This document shows positions 26,179-38,997 of a DNA stretch of 64,000 nt, piece by piece. A program made the translations under genes and the position numbers. This stretch comes from Monocercomonoides exilis PA203. Its lineage: Eukaryota; Protista; Preaxostyla. How positions within the stretch are numbered: position 1 is the stretch's first letter; every line of letters begins with the position of its first letter. The notes beneath the pieces were generated by a model. It had not been told where the DNA came from and did no database searches. It saw nothing but the letters and a program-made list of their open reading frames with translations. The stretch lies in the NCBI GenBank assembly GCA_001643675.2, contig LSRY02000001.1, positions 2,356,001 to 2,420,000 on the forward strand, written 5' to 3'.

Positions 26179-29100
26179 TTCTTCTCTTCCCCCCTTTGCC
26201 ACAAACACAGGCTGAATAAATCTTCCTCTCTGGTGCCAATCTTTGCTTGTTCTGTCGCTCACTCTTTTTCGATACAACGAAATTGTGTTTTTGAATGGCT
26301 GAAGAATGGAAAGAGGGCGATGAGGGAGAAGAAGAGAAGAGGAAGAGGAAGAGGAAGAGGAAGAGGAAGGAATAGAAAAAGGAATAGAAGAAGACGAATG
26401 AGAAGGAAGAGAAGGAAGAAATGAAGAAGAAGGAATGTATATTGAGGAGGAGGAGGAAGAAGGGAAATTTGAAACAGGAAGAGGAAGATGAGTATATGTT
26501 GAACTAATTTGATTTTTCTTTCTTTCTTCTTCTTCTCTTTCTCTTTCTCTTTCTCTTTCTTTTCTTCTTTCTCTCTTTCTTTTCATCTCCTCACTTTCCT
26601 CATTCAAACAGCTAAGTTTATGAATTGAATGATTGCTATGATGATGATGATGTTTATGTTTGTTATCATTTTCATGATGATGGTGATGAATATGTTCATT
26701 TTTTTCATTTCCTTCTTTTCCCTCTCCTTCTTCTTTCTTCAAATTTTCTTCATCATCATCTTCTTCTTCCCCTTTGCTATTCAAATGATGTTTCTTTGGC
26801 AAGACAGTTTGACTTTTCGTGTTTAATTCTTCACTTCTGTTTTGCTTGATTGGATGACGACGCAAATGCGGTTGAGAAGAAGAAAGGGAAAGAGGATAAG
26901 GAGAAAGAGAAGAGGAGGAAGAAGAAGAAAGAGAAGAGGAAGGATGTGATTGTGTTATGTGGCTGACATCAAGAGGAAGTGAATAAGAAGGAGATATTTG
27001 AGAAGATGAAGAAGATGAAGAGGAGGAGGAAGATGGTGATGATGGAGGAAGAAGAGGAAGAGGCAAAGAAGATGGAGCAGTGATTGGTTGATGATTGGAA
27101 TCTTGCTGAGATGAAGAAAGTAAAGAAGAATGAGAAGAAGAAGAAGAAGATGATGATGATGAGGGAGAAGGAAGTGGAGGAGGAGGATGAGAAGGAGGAG
27201 GGCATAGCAGATTTGATGCCTGAAATTCGGGTGATTCAGATGAAGAGGAAGGAGAAGAAATCGGAGCAATCATTTCATCTGAGCCTTCCATCCTTTCATT
27301 CAGTGGAGAAAGAAGAGAAGAGAACTTCGAAGAAGAAGAAGAAGAAGGAAAAGAAGAGGAAGAGGAGGAAGAAGAAGAAGAAAATGGCTCGTCTCTGAAT
27401 GGGCGAGTGGTAAATGTGGATTTTGCTGTGTAAATTGAAAAGGGAGGAGAAAGATGTGGTGTGGATTGATTGGACTGAAAGTTGGAGGGTTTTGAAGGAG
27501 AGGAAATGGAAGAGGAAGAGGAAGAAGAAAAAAGTGATGAATATGAAGATGAAAGAGATGAAAAGGAAGAAGAAAAAGAAGAAGAAGAAGAAGAATAAGT
27601 TGATGATGTTTCAGAACTGCTTTTGCCTTCATCTGAATCTTCTTCTGCTGAATTGTGCAGCGAATGGCTACTCGGAAAATAGTCCTCAAAACGCTCTTCG
27701 CTCTCTTTCTTCTGGATCACCTCTGCCGATTCTCTTCCTCCTCTTTCTTTTCCTCCTCTTCTTTCCATTTTCCTCCTCTTCCTTTTCCTCTTCTCCTTCT
27801 TCAACAGCTTCTTCACCATCTTCCTTCTCCTTCTCCTCTTCCTCTCCTTCTGCTCCTCTTCCCACCTTTTTCTCGCCTCTGCCTTCACCCCAACCTCAAT
27901 CGAACTGTCAATCTGATCGCTTTCTGTGTTTTCACTTCGCTTTCTTCTCAATCCTTTTTCTGTCTCTGAAGATGCATCAAATGAACTTCTTTTCTCCTCT
28001 TCCACTTCTTCCTCTCCTCTTTCTCCTCTTTCTCCTCCTTCCATCACAGCCACCTCCTCTTTCTCCTCTTTCTCCTCAATCTCCTCCTCCGCCGCCTCAG
28101 CCTTCTCCACCGAAATCGCTGTTGCATGCAGCGTCAGAATGAACGGATACGCCGAAAGCACCATCGTGAAGCAGATCAGAAGGATCACCCCAGGCTCCAT
28201 CCTCGACAAGTCAATCACTCCCATCCCGCATCCTCTGTCGCTCACGCTGTGCGCAACCGCCATGAACACGCGCAAAACTGGGTGCACTTCTGAAAGCGGG
28301 GCTGTCTGCGCCCCAAAAGCGAGAATGAACACCACCTCGAGAAGACAGAGAGAGAAGAAGCAGACAGAAAGCACGATCAGCTCTGCAGAGTCGAAGAGTG
28401 AAGAGTATATCTCACGGGGATGCGCCAGCACATAGTCGATCGCCTGGCACGACCCAGCAGATCCGTTCGCCTCTTCTCCTTTCAGCTCTTCTTGCTCCAG
28501 CTGCAGAACACTCTGCGAGGATGTATTTGAGGAGGAGGAGGAGGGATGAATACTTTGTGGGTTTTTTGATTTGGATTCATCATCAAAGATGTTTTCTTCT
28601 CCTCCTTCTCCTCCTTCTTTTTCTTCTTTTTCTTCCTGCCCTGTGTTCTCCATTTTCTTCACCTCGTTTCCTTTGTTTCTTCTTCTCCTTCTTTTCCTTG
28701 CCTCCTCCTCTTCCTCCTCCATCCTCATCACCATCTCCATCTCTTCCCTCTGTTTCTTCTCTCTCCACCTCAAATACCTCCTCTTCCCCCTCATCCACAC
28801 AGAAAACGGAAGCATAAATATCGCTGGCCCCCCCAAAATCATCAGCACCACCCCAACAATCGCTCCAAGATGGTTTCCTCCTCTGATCGACTCCCAAAAA
28901 AATGTAGGTGTGATGCTCAGCCCCGCCCCGTTGAATGCAGATACTGCTGTGAACAGGCCCCACCACAACACCCGGAAAAAACAGGGGGCATCCGCCTCGT
29001 TTGCAGCCACTGTGGTAGCAGAAAGATGGAAAGTCTGCTGCAGACAGGACTGAATGTTGAGGCGGATGGAAGGACTGCAAAAGGAAGGGACAGCAAGCAA

Positions 29101-31252
29101 CACAGTGCCTACAACATACCACGTCAGCACATACGCAATCATCGAGCGGATAATCTCGCCCATGCCGAGATACTCCAAAGAGAAGAGATACAACGGCAGC
29201 GTCGTTTTCTCTTGCTCTTCCTCTTCTTCCATCCCTTCCATTCCTTCTTCTTCTTCTTCTTCTCCCATATCGTTTTCCTTTTTCACTTTCACTTTCATCT
29301 CCTCCACACCCGCAATTCCTCTTTCTGCATCGTTGTTATCATCTGCTTTGCTCTTCCGATTTGACTCCTCTCTTTCTTTTTCCATTTCTTCATCTTTTCT
29401 CTGCTTGGCTCTTTTCTCCCTCATCTTCTGCAAAAACCTCACACCGTGTCTCCGCTTAAGCGCTGTGGCTGGTGCAACATATCCTTCGTTCTTGATGGTC
29501 GCAATCACACTCGATGTCCTATCATCACCACAAAAAGAGTCTGCTTTTCCTCCTTCTCCTTCTCCCTCTCTTTCTTTTCTTTTCTCTTTTCCTTTCTCTT
29601 TTCCTTCTTTCCCTCTTCCTTTCCGCGCAATGTCTTCTTCCCTCTGTTTCTTGCTCTCCTTTCTTGCTTCGTCCAGCAGCTGAATCAGAACTTGGGCGGC
29701 GTGTGGCGCCAGAGTGGCTGTGGCTGAGCTGCTGTTGCTGAGCAGCGGGGGAGGAAATGAGGAGGAAGAAGAAGAATGATAAGAAGAAGCAGGAAAATGA
29801 ATTGAGGAGGAAGATGAAGATGAAGGAAAAAGAGGAGGAGGGAGAGGAGAAGGTGTATTGAGCAACTTCGAATTGATGTTGTGGGGAGGATTGAGAGTAA
29901 TGGGACGAGGGAACCTTCGAGAATTCCTTTGATTGGCATTTCTATTTGAAGATGATGAAGAAGAAGAAAGAGAAGACTTTTGCTTTGCTGGAAAAGCAGC
30001 GCAGAAAGACGGGCTGTAAGTGAAAGCTGGAGGAAGATTGGCAAACGAACGAGGAAGAGACAGAGGAAGAGGAGAAGAAGAAGAAGAAGGAGAAAGAGAA
30101 GAATTAGAAGAAGAAAGAGAAGAAGAGGAAGAAATGATTGGATGTGGGGAGTTCAGCGATACACGCGGAGGAGTCGGAGGCTGAAAGAGGGCAGCTGTGA
30201 TTGGATGTGTGCTAACGCTGATTGGAGGAGTCGAGGGAGAAGGAGAAGAAGAAGTTGAAAAAGAAGAGGAAGAAGAAAGAAGAGGAGGAGAGGAAGAGGG
30301 CGATGACGATGACGATGACGATGATGGAGAGTTTGTTGGAATGAAATGCTGAGTTCCGAAATAGGCAGCTGAGTGAGGCGTGCGTGGTGCATAAGCAACA
30401 GAAGGTGGCTGAACAGGATGCCCATTGAAAGAAGAAATCGCTGATGCTTTCGGCAGCTTGTTTTCCGCTCTTTTCTCTTTCTGTGGCCTCGGCGGAAGCG
30501 AAGCCAGCGAACACGATGCTGACAGAGGCGAAGGATGCATATGAATTGTGTGAGCAGAGGTAATGTGCTCGTTCAGACGCCTTTTGGAAGCAGCCCCCTC
30601 ACGTTGCGTTGGCAGCTGGATTGTGAAAATAGGCGATGGAGGAATTCTTTTTATTTGCTCCTTTGAGAACTGAATGAAGGACTCTTGCTTGCATTCATTC
30701 TCCTTCTTCGAAGTCGGAGATGCATCCTCAAGTTCAATTGTTTGCCTCACAACTGGATGGTTGAAATGCTTCCGGATATACCTTCTTTTCAATATCAACG
30801 GCAAAAGAGACAAGAGACACGAGCTTCCGAGGTGTATCGTTATCATCAGAACCAATTGGGTTCCAAACTTCGAGTTGGAGATGTTGAATCCGGCCAGTCC
30901 CACGCCACAGACAGCTGACATCACCGTATAAAAGCAATGACGGAATGAAAAGTCGCTTTCCCAAAATAAAAGGACAACTGCTGCAGCAAAAGCAATTATC
31001 TAAAATAACAAATTTTTTCATACAAAATTTTGTCAAATGCTCAGCTCAGACATCATATGAATTAAAGCACACCAAAATCAATGAAAGATGCAAAACAAAA
31101 TATGAGCAGTTTCTTTGAAAGCATCTGCCAATTTTGCTTTGTTTTCTCTTTTCATTTTCCTGCACAATGAACTTGTCCTCCACTTGAACAATACGTTTCA
31201 ACTCTTGATAATCCGGTATGCGCCCGATTAGCAAACGATCATTCTGGCTCAT
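23209..31252 (-). CDS. Trk/HKT/TrkH-family cation (K+) transporter with very large low-complexity insertions (exons 31252-31073, 30999-23209)
   Basis: Four pore-loop motifs (SAVCGVGL, FTAVSAFNGAGL, SVSDRGCGMGVIDLS, ELASDYSGTGMSFG), LMILGG and terminal LMAMGKQRGLP typical of fungal/plant Trk/HKT; 73-nt GT-AG intron (31000-31072) joins the upstream exon in frame. Confidence 0.85.
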
Positions 31253-32339
31253 GCACAACTTGAGCCGCAAACAAAAAAGTAAGTACTCAAATTATTCGCA
31301 TATGGGTTATCATCTAAAAAATCATTCATCAATTTAAAAAACGTTCAATTATTCATTGGAATCATCAAAATTTATTATTTCTATAAATTAAAATTAGCAA
31401 ATTCGAGAAAAAGATTTATAATTCTAAGAAAACGAACATGTTGAACCAATAATTGGAAATAAGTAAAATTATTCATTGAGAAAATGAAGGATAATAATAA
31501 TGTCAATCTCTTCAATAAAAAATGTGTGAAAAATAATCGAGTCTCAGTGTTTGAAAGAGTAATTTATTCAAATGAAATTGAAGGGAAAAATGCAATTTAT
31601 TTTTTGCTCTTGTTATTGTTGTTGGATATAAAGGAACAAATAAAAAATATTGTTCTAAAATACATGCACCCACATGGTCATAAAATGGAACAATAGAAAC
31701 AGATGATGATCACATTTTCAAAGGAAATGAACCATCATCACTTTTTATTTTTTATTTTTTGCAACAAGTTCCAAAAAAATTTTATCAGTATTTGTAACAA
31801 GAAAAACTTGTTCATATGTTATTGAAAAATGAATTTTCAAGTTAATTATAGTTGAATACATGTGAATGATTTTGAAAATATATCCATTTCATTATTCGAT
31901 AAAAACCTTTTTATTCGAAAAGGTAATAAATAAATTTGAAATCTTCACGTTCATCTTGAAAAATTATTGTGATCCTGTCACTACTCACTTCAGTCTTTTC
32001 GTGCGAAATTCTTATTGATAATAGCACTTTCATGATATTATTTCTATTATTTGAAATTTGTTGGAAATTGTTTGAAATGTCACAAAAAACTGAATAATAT
32101 TGAGAAAAGAGTTCATCATCTGTCGTTTGTCTCAAACATTAATGTTCGTGATAAACATAATGATCGAATTTCTCACAATGATTAAATAAAACAAAGAAAA
32201 AACTGCATCACTATCAGCAATCTGAAATTATGAAAGATTTCAAAAATAAGCGAGCATGTTTTTCAACATTTTTTGATCGAATGAAAAAATTTATCATAGG
32301 ACAATTTCATTTCAAACATTTAGTAATTATTAAGGAACT

Positions 32340-32362
32340 GGGTGATTATTTTTGAAATCATA
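32340..32362 (+). repeat. Solo MITE terminus GGGTGATTATTTTTGAAATCATA
   Basis: Identical to the TIR at 37277; no nearby partner seen. Confidence 0.6.
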
Positions 32363-33305
32363 TATTTATTCGTTATATGGGGCAAAATTTTTTCATTTAT
32401 GAATAAAACAACGATTTGTTCCAAACTTTTCCCGCAACCTTATCATGAGAAACATTGCATTCGTATGTCAAAAAAATACAGAAAAATTCCAAAATTGAGA
32501 AAAATATTTGTTAGAGAAGAATGGAACAAAATTCTTAAAGCAAAATATTTTGTCCCATATTAATAATTTTCTCATTGACAGTTATTTTCAAAAGAATAAT
32601 AAAAAAGCTTCTCATTCTTTCAAATTATTGTCTTTCATATGCATTTTGACTCCAATAATAAAGAAGTTCATTAAAAATTTTTCAAAAACATAAGATAGAT
32701 TTCTGAGTTTTTGCGACAAATTATTAATTTGAAAAATTTGATTGGAAAAATCAGAAATCAAAAATTATTACCCATCTTGAATAGGCCTTTGCGACAGACC
32801 GACATTTTTCCATCAACTCGACAAGTCGACCGACAAAACAGTCGGCTTGTGTTTAATTTTTTGATAAACTTTATAACATTCAAATTTAAATATTGCATTT
32901 TTTGCATTGAATTTTTATTATTTTTATTTATTAATTTTTTAATTATTTCCAGATTCGAACAAACAAATTATAATTTAATTGATCACAAATAATTTCAATG
33001 GGTTATCGACAAATCTTTGTCGAGATCAGTCGAACGACAAAGATCAGTCAGTCGAAAGATCAGTCGGTCGAAAAAGATCAATATGTCGAACGGATTAACA
33101 TTTTTGATACATTTCTTTTTTTTTAATGAAACGTATTTTTAATAATGATCTTATTTTGAATTGCATTTTTTGATTGAAAAATTCTAAGAATTTCAAAGAT
33201 ATTGAGTATTTATCTATCTGACATTATTCATTTGTTGTCCAAAGCCATATTTTGTCGGACGCTTCATCAGCTTTCATATATATTTGTTATTTTCTTAATA
33301 ATATA

Positions 33306-33755
33306 CAGTCTAAACCGGATATAATCACATCGGTTTTTGCACAACTTTTTGTGACTATATCCGATTGTGATAATATACGATGCTGCTTATCACAGAAAAA
33401 AATAAAAATTAATTGATTTATTAATTAATTTTGGGTCGATTTTTTTATTTTTGGAAATTCTTCACAAAAACACATTTTTCAATAGAAATAACAATTTTTT
33501 ATGTTTTCCTATGTTATTCAGTCTTATTTAAACATAATTTTGAAAAAGCGAAAAATTGAAAGTTTTGATCAAAAAATCGATTTTTCATTGAAAAAAGCAC
33601 CCATAATGAAACAAAATGTGATTATATATTTTCATCCCTGTGATTATATTCGATGGAAAATGAATGAAAAATGAGCTAAAAATGTCGGTGAATGGAAAAA
33701 TGTGACTATAAACGAATGTGATTGTATTCGACGTGATTATATCCGGTTTTGACTG
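33306..33755. mobile_element. Tc1/mariner(pogo)-type MITE, 450 bp
   Basis: TIR CAGTCTAAACCGGATATAATCAC / GTGATTATATCCGGTTTTGACTG (1 mismatch), TA on both sides, several internal GTGAYTATATNCGA-like repeats. Confidence 0.88.
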
Positions 33756-35059
33756 TATATATATATTTTTGAATGCATTCCATAATAATTACACATTTTA
33801 AGTTTTGATACTCAGATTTGTGGAAATAGCAGGTTAACACATGAAAAATGTTTGACAAAAATCATTGTTTTTATCATTTCATACGATGAACAACGATAGA
33901 AATTTGAAAGAATTGTTTATTCTGCTGATGAAGATTCATAATTATTTGTGATGACTTGCTCATAATAATTCATATAGCACAACGTCAAATATCTCGTGCA
34001 AATTGGAATGAATCGAAGTTGCTAAATTTTGAAAACCAACAGAATTCAGTTTATATTAATGAAATAAGAAAAAGAAAAAGTTACTTCTAATGATTTCGAA
34101 AAAGAAAGCTGAATTTTCATTGTGAACAAAAAAAATAAAAGAAGAATAACAATCTGGAAAGTTATCGTTTTTCTTCTTTCTTTGTTCTTTAAGCTGTTTC
34201 TTCTCTTCCTCCACTTCCACCACCAAAAAACTTTTCTTTTTCACCTCTTTCCAACATCTCCTCTTTTCCTTATCCATCTTTCTCCTCTCAACAACACTCT
34301 TCTTTTCCTCTTTTAAATTCGACTTCTTCTTCATCTTTATCTTTCACCTCAATTACGTCAATCACCTCCCTGAATGTCATCTTGTTTTGCGACAATTTTT
34401 GATCTTAATCGCAGCAACAGCGATAGAAAGTGCTTGATCATATACAAAATGAACTCTTAAACATGCAAATGCTTCATCAACAACAACATTTCCATCAACA
34501 ATTCCCACAACAATTCCAATCTTATCATGAAGTTTCCTCTTTAAACAGTATTTCTTTTGGAATGAGCCTGCCGTCACATCCTTCTGTAATTACTTCCATG
34601 CAAGTACTTTCTCAATCAATGTTGTCGGAATCACGTTCACAATATGCACTATATATTGTGTATAAACCCATTTTCATTCCATTGTCGACTCACAGAAAGA
34701 CTTTGCAACAAAGCGAAGAAAATACACAAATAGCAAAACAAAATCTATCTATTTCTGTTCTCAGCTGCATTGTCAGTTGTTCATTTGACAGCAGCGGCAT
34801 CAGCAATTGAAGGCAAAGACTGAAGCAACACGATAAATGACAAAAACTCTTCCTCAAACGGCTTTCCCTCTAAACAGCAGTATATTTTCATCATCAACTT
34901 CATCCGCTTCATCTTCTTCACCTTTTCCATATTTATCGCCTATCATAACTTTTTCAAACGTCATTGCATCTTTTTCATCACACGATTCACCCATCTCTTT
35001 GCAATAGTCTTCGATTTCACATTCAGCAGATCAAGCTAACGAAGATTCGACTCATTTTT

Positions 35060-36060
35060 GGATGCTAGACGCGATTGACATAGGGCGGAAAGTTGTGTCG
35101 AAGCGGCTTCCGGACCTGTGGCACTGGGCGATCCGGAATGCGCTGGAAGGCGTGAGGAGGAAGCGGGAGAGCTGGAACTGGCAGTACATCAACCAAAAGC
35201 GAAGGAGCGACAGGTTGCGATATATGAAGGAGAGGTTGCGGTATCTGCGGGTGATGGAGCAGGAGAAGCTGGATGATGACATTATAGATCGGGAAAACAA
35301 ATCCTTTGTGGAGATATGGGGTATCGTGATGAACGATAACTTCAGAATGATCAAGAGGAATTAGAAAATCGAGAGGAAGAATTGGTTAGAGGGAGTGGTA
35401 TGAGACGATGCTTTGCTGACAAAACTAATTGAAGAAGACTACACCAAGAAGAAAAAAGGCAAGACAGAAACGAAAGAAGCATGAACAGATGACTTTAAAG
35501 ACGAATTAGACTCAAAAAAACAACAAATTGCAGCAGCTCGCAGCAGGGCGAGTTAACGAAGGAGTTCGGATGGTTGAGAGAGAAAGGAAGATTCAGATGC
35601 AGTGAGATTAAGAACAAAAGAAGAGGAGATATGCAGCAATGGAAGCAAAGCGGAAGCAGCTGAAGATTAAAGAGCGATGGCAACAGAGATAATTGGAGCT
35701 GGAAAAGGAAGGGAATGAAAACATTTCTTTTGGGAAGATTCTGAGGGACGAGCAAAAGAGAATGGAAGAACAAGAATAGCCAAAGCGGAGGGAGGAGAAG
35801 AAAACACTTTTTGAGAATCGAAAGCAGGAATAAGCCGTTAAGAACTGAATCCAATCAAAACAGAAAGTGGGAAGATCACAAAAGCAGAAAGATAAGAAGT
35901 TTGCGGAAATTCGCAATAAGCTGCAAAAAGAGGCTGTCGTGGCTGCAGAATGAGAAGCAGCTGGAGGCTCTGTAGATGATTGAAGATTTAAAGGTGGAAT
36001 ACGAGTTTGTTGATGTTCAATCCTTTCAAATGCTTGTGAATATGCAGAAGATACGGAAGG
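35060..36060 (+). pseudogene. Degraded GC-richer coding fragment (coiled-coil-like)
   Basis: Local GC increase and E/K/R-rich reading frames broken by many stops; identity unknown. Confidence 0.4.
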
Positions 36061-36100
36061 CGAAATTCAGAGTGAAATGGAGTAAGAATGATATAGAAAA

Positions 36101-36200
36101 TGAGAGAAAGAGAAAGAGAAAGAGAAAGAGAAAGAGAAAGAGAAAGAGAGAAAGAGAGAGAGAGAGAGAGAGGGAAGAAAGAGAAAAAAAAAGAGAAAGA
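36101..36200. repeat. (GAGAAA)n / (GA)n microsatellite
   Basis: Visible tandem repeats. Confidence 0.85.
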
Positions 36201-37276
36201 GAACTAACATTAAAAAATGAGGCAGAAAAAGACAGCTTAGAAAGTGAAAATGAAGTATCTTCTGTGAGTGAATTTTCTGATACTCCAGCTTATCAATAAT
36301 CAACTTCTGATTTTCCGTCAACTCTTCATCAGATACCAGTTTCTTCTGCAACACACGTTGTTCCAATTCTTGATTCCATTTCGTAAAGCACCCAACGAAC
36401 AGTAAATGAACAGAATAATAAGCTTATCAAGTCGATCTTTCCATTGCCAGCAACTGTGCTTCATTTGTAATCATCGATTCCGCCAATGTATCTTCCTCCT
36501 TAGCATCGTGCGTCTATTTCGTCTTATTCTCAGGCTTTGTTTTCAACAAATTCTTCAGTCTTAACATATAACTATCAGCCTTCATCACTCACTCCATCTT
36601 CTTCTTCTTCATATTAAAGAAAAACTTTTTTGTCTTATTTTCTTTTGTTTGTCAAAGATCAATTGCATTTGTTGCACACGAATTTAATTTTATTGAAGGC
36701 AACTCGCAACTGGCATCTGCCAATGGACAGCATCAATTATGGGTCATTTAAAGATGCACAAATAATAAAACAGATAGTTGAAAATGAAAACAAACAGCAT
36801 AACTTCAATTTTCTTAATTTAATATTTTTTTAATAATCAAAACAGAAACAGTACATTTTCATAAATCTAACTTCTATTTTCGCAATTCAATTTTTTTTTT
36901 TGGTTTGATTGCAATATTAACATTTTTTCTTTTCATCTTCCAAAGAAAAAAAAAAATAAATTTTGTTTTCAATAATAATACTTGTTTAGGCTTTTCTTTT
37001 TCATAATTGAAGTTTCAAATAACTTTTTTTCCATAACAATTAAAATACAAATTTTCGTTCATTCAAAAATATATTTTTATCAAAATTTCATGTCAGAAAG
37101 AGATTCAGATACAAGCTGAATATTTTAGAATAGTAAAATTCATTTAGGAAAAAAAAAAAAAAAAAAAAAACCTTCTCGACATTGGTTTTGCTTTTCGACC
37201 GACATACATCGCTAAATTTTTCCTTGTCGCAAAGGCCTAGTTAAAATATTCGTGAAAGCATAAAAAAATATAATAT

Positions 37277-37533
37277 GGGTGATTATTTTTGAAATCATAT
37301 TATATCATGCAAAAATTTCGGTGCAAAAATATTTATTGAATATCAATAAACAAAAATCGAAAAGTGAAAAGGCTTATTGAATACATTTTTTATCTTTCAT
37401 TCGGAATAACCATTAGTCATTTAAAACAATCATCATGCTTCTATTCTTTTGAAATAAATTTTCTTTCGAAAAACTGACAATCTTTGAAAAATCAACACCC
37501 CGAAAAAAGATATGATTTCAAAAATAATCACCC
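37277..37533. mobile_element. MITE, 257 bp, TIR GGGTGATTATTTTTGAAATCATAT
   Basis: 24-bp perfect TIR flanked by ATAT on both sides. Confidence 0.85.
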
Positions 37534-38500
37534 ATATGGAATAAGAAGATTAAATTTTATCGAACATTACATGTTTAACAGGTGTTTCTTTGTGACTATT
37601 GACAAAAAAATTGTTTCCTGATGGAACGAGAGACAATTCTAACGTCAGAACCTCTATAATGAAAATAATAATTATTGAATTTCATATGATTTAATAAGTA
37701 TTCAAATAAGTGAATAATAAAAATACGTTTTTCAAAAAAGTTTCTGACAAAAAAGTCAAATTTGTTATTTTTTGATCATCGGAACGAAAATGAAGTCAGT
37801 GTCTGAAGGGAAATTATTTTTCATTTTATATAAGAAACAAAGTGAAGTTTGTTGATCATAATATTATGAATTTATTGATATAATTCGATTTTTTTTCGAT
37901 AATTCAGAAAATCAGTAAAAATAAATATGGAAAAAAACCATTACTGACGTGGAGAAAAATATAGACTTTCTAGCTTTTAATGCACAAAGCATGAAAAAAC
38001 TGATTCACTAACAACATTTTGGAACTTAACCAGATTTCGAAATTAATTGGAAAAAAGAATCTGTAACTTAGAATCAAAGAAATATAAAGCAAAATGCAAT
38101 ACAGCTTTTCTCGTATGTCAAAAAATGAACACATTTTTGTTGTGTTTTTTGATCTTTAAAATTCAATAAAAAGGGCACATCTTTTCAATGGAAATGCCTG
38201 AAGTCAAATCTTTTGTCCCACGTTGATTTTCAATAACTAACCGACGTGACAAAAAATAATTGAATCCGAAACACATGTTTATTACTGGTTATTTTTTAAA
38301 AATCGCAAGCTTGTGCTATGCAATTTGCAAGATCTTAAATAAAAGGGTTTTGAAAAAGAAATAATATCAAGATTAAATGATAACTCTATATAACACAGTT
38401 TCACACTATTTTTTTTTTCATAAAAAAAGAATAAATAAAACGAAAAAAGTGTTTTTTTAACAAAGAGTTGTTGCATTTGTTAAAAACTCATTTTCCAAAG

Positions 38501-38753
38501 GGGTGATTTTTTTGATATCATCTTCTTTCTTTCAAATATTTCTGTTAATATAATCCCTTGAATTTTTTCAGAAAAACATTGAAAAGTTAAAATGCTTGAA
38601 AAAGATATCTTTATATTTGTTTTAGCAAAAGCATTTATTTTTCATATAGTTGAGCTGAATTTTCAAATTGAATACATAATTCCTTCCCAAAGACAAATAA
38701 CGTTTGAAAAATGAACAGCCCGAAAAAAGTTATGATTTCAAAAATAATCACCC
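38501..38753. mobile_element. MITE, 253 bp, same family as 37277-37533
   Basis: Right TIR and subterminal CCCGAAAAAAG match 37277-37533; left TIR GGGTGATTTTTTTGATATCAT is degenerate. Confidence 0.7.
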
Positions 38754-38757
38754 ATAT

Positions 38758-38997
38758 GGGTAATTATTTTTGAAAAGTCGCAAACGTTAAATTTTCTAAT
38801 AAATCAAAAATTACATATCTTGATCAAATTTCAGTTCCCGCTCATTCAACTTTACAGGAATGTGTTAAATGGCATTGTCAAATTATATCCTCCGCTTTGG
38901 TGAAGTTGCATGAGCGGGAACTGAAATTTGATCAAGATATGAAATTTTTGTTTTTTCAGAAAATTGAACATTTGCGACTTTTCAAAAATAACAACCC
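38758..38997. mobile_element. MITE, 240 bp, with ~95-bp imperfect TIRs
   Basis: GGGTAATTATTTTTGAAAAGTCGCAAA...TTTGCGACTTTTCAAAAATAACAACCC; inner 29-bp perfect IR (CATATCTTGATCAAATTTCAGTTCCCGCTCAT region); ATAT on both sides. Confidence 0.85.

Larger units (their letters stand above)
32784..37237. mobile_element. Putative ~4.45-kb non-autonomous TIR element
   Basis: 13-bp perfect TIR GGCCTTTGCGACA / TGTCGCAAAGGCC, each flanked by TA; CGAC/GTCG-rich subterminal motifs near both ends. Confidence 0.6.

Noticed and set aside
23573-30931. Many plus-strand and alternate-frame ORFs
   Set aside because: Shadows of the low-complexity Trk coding sequence
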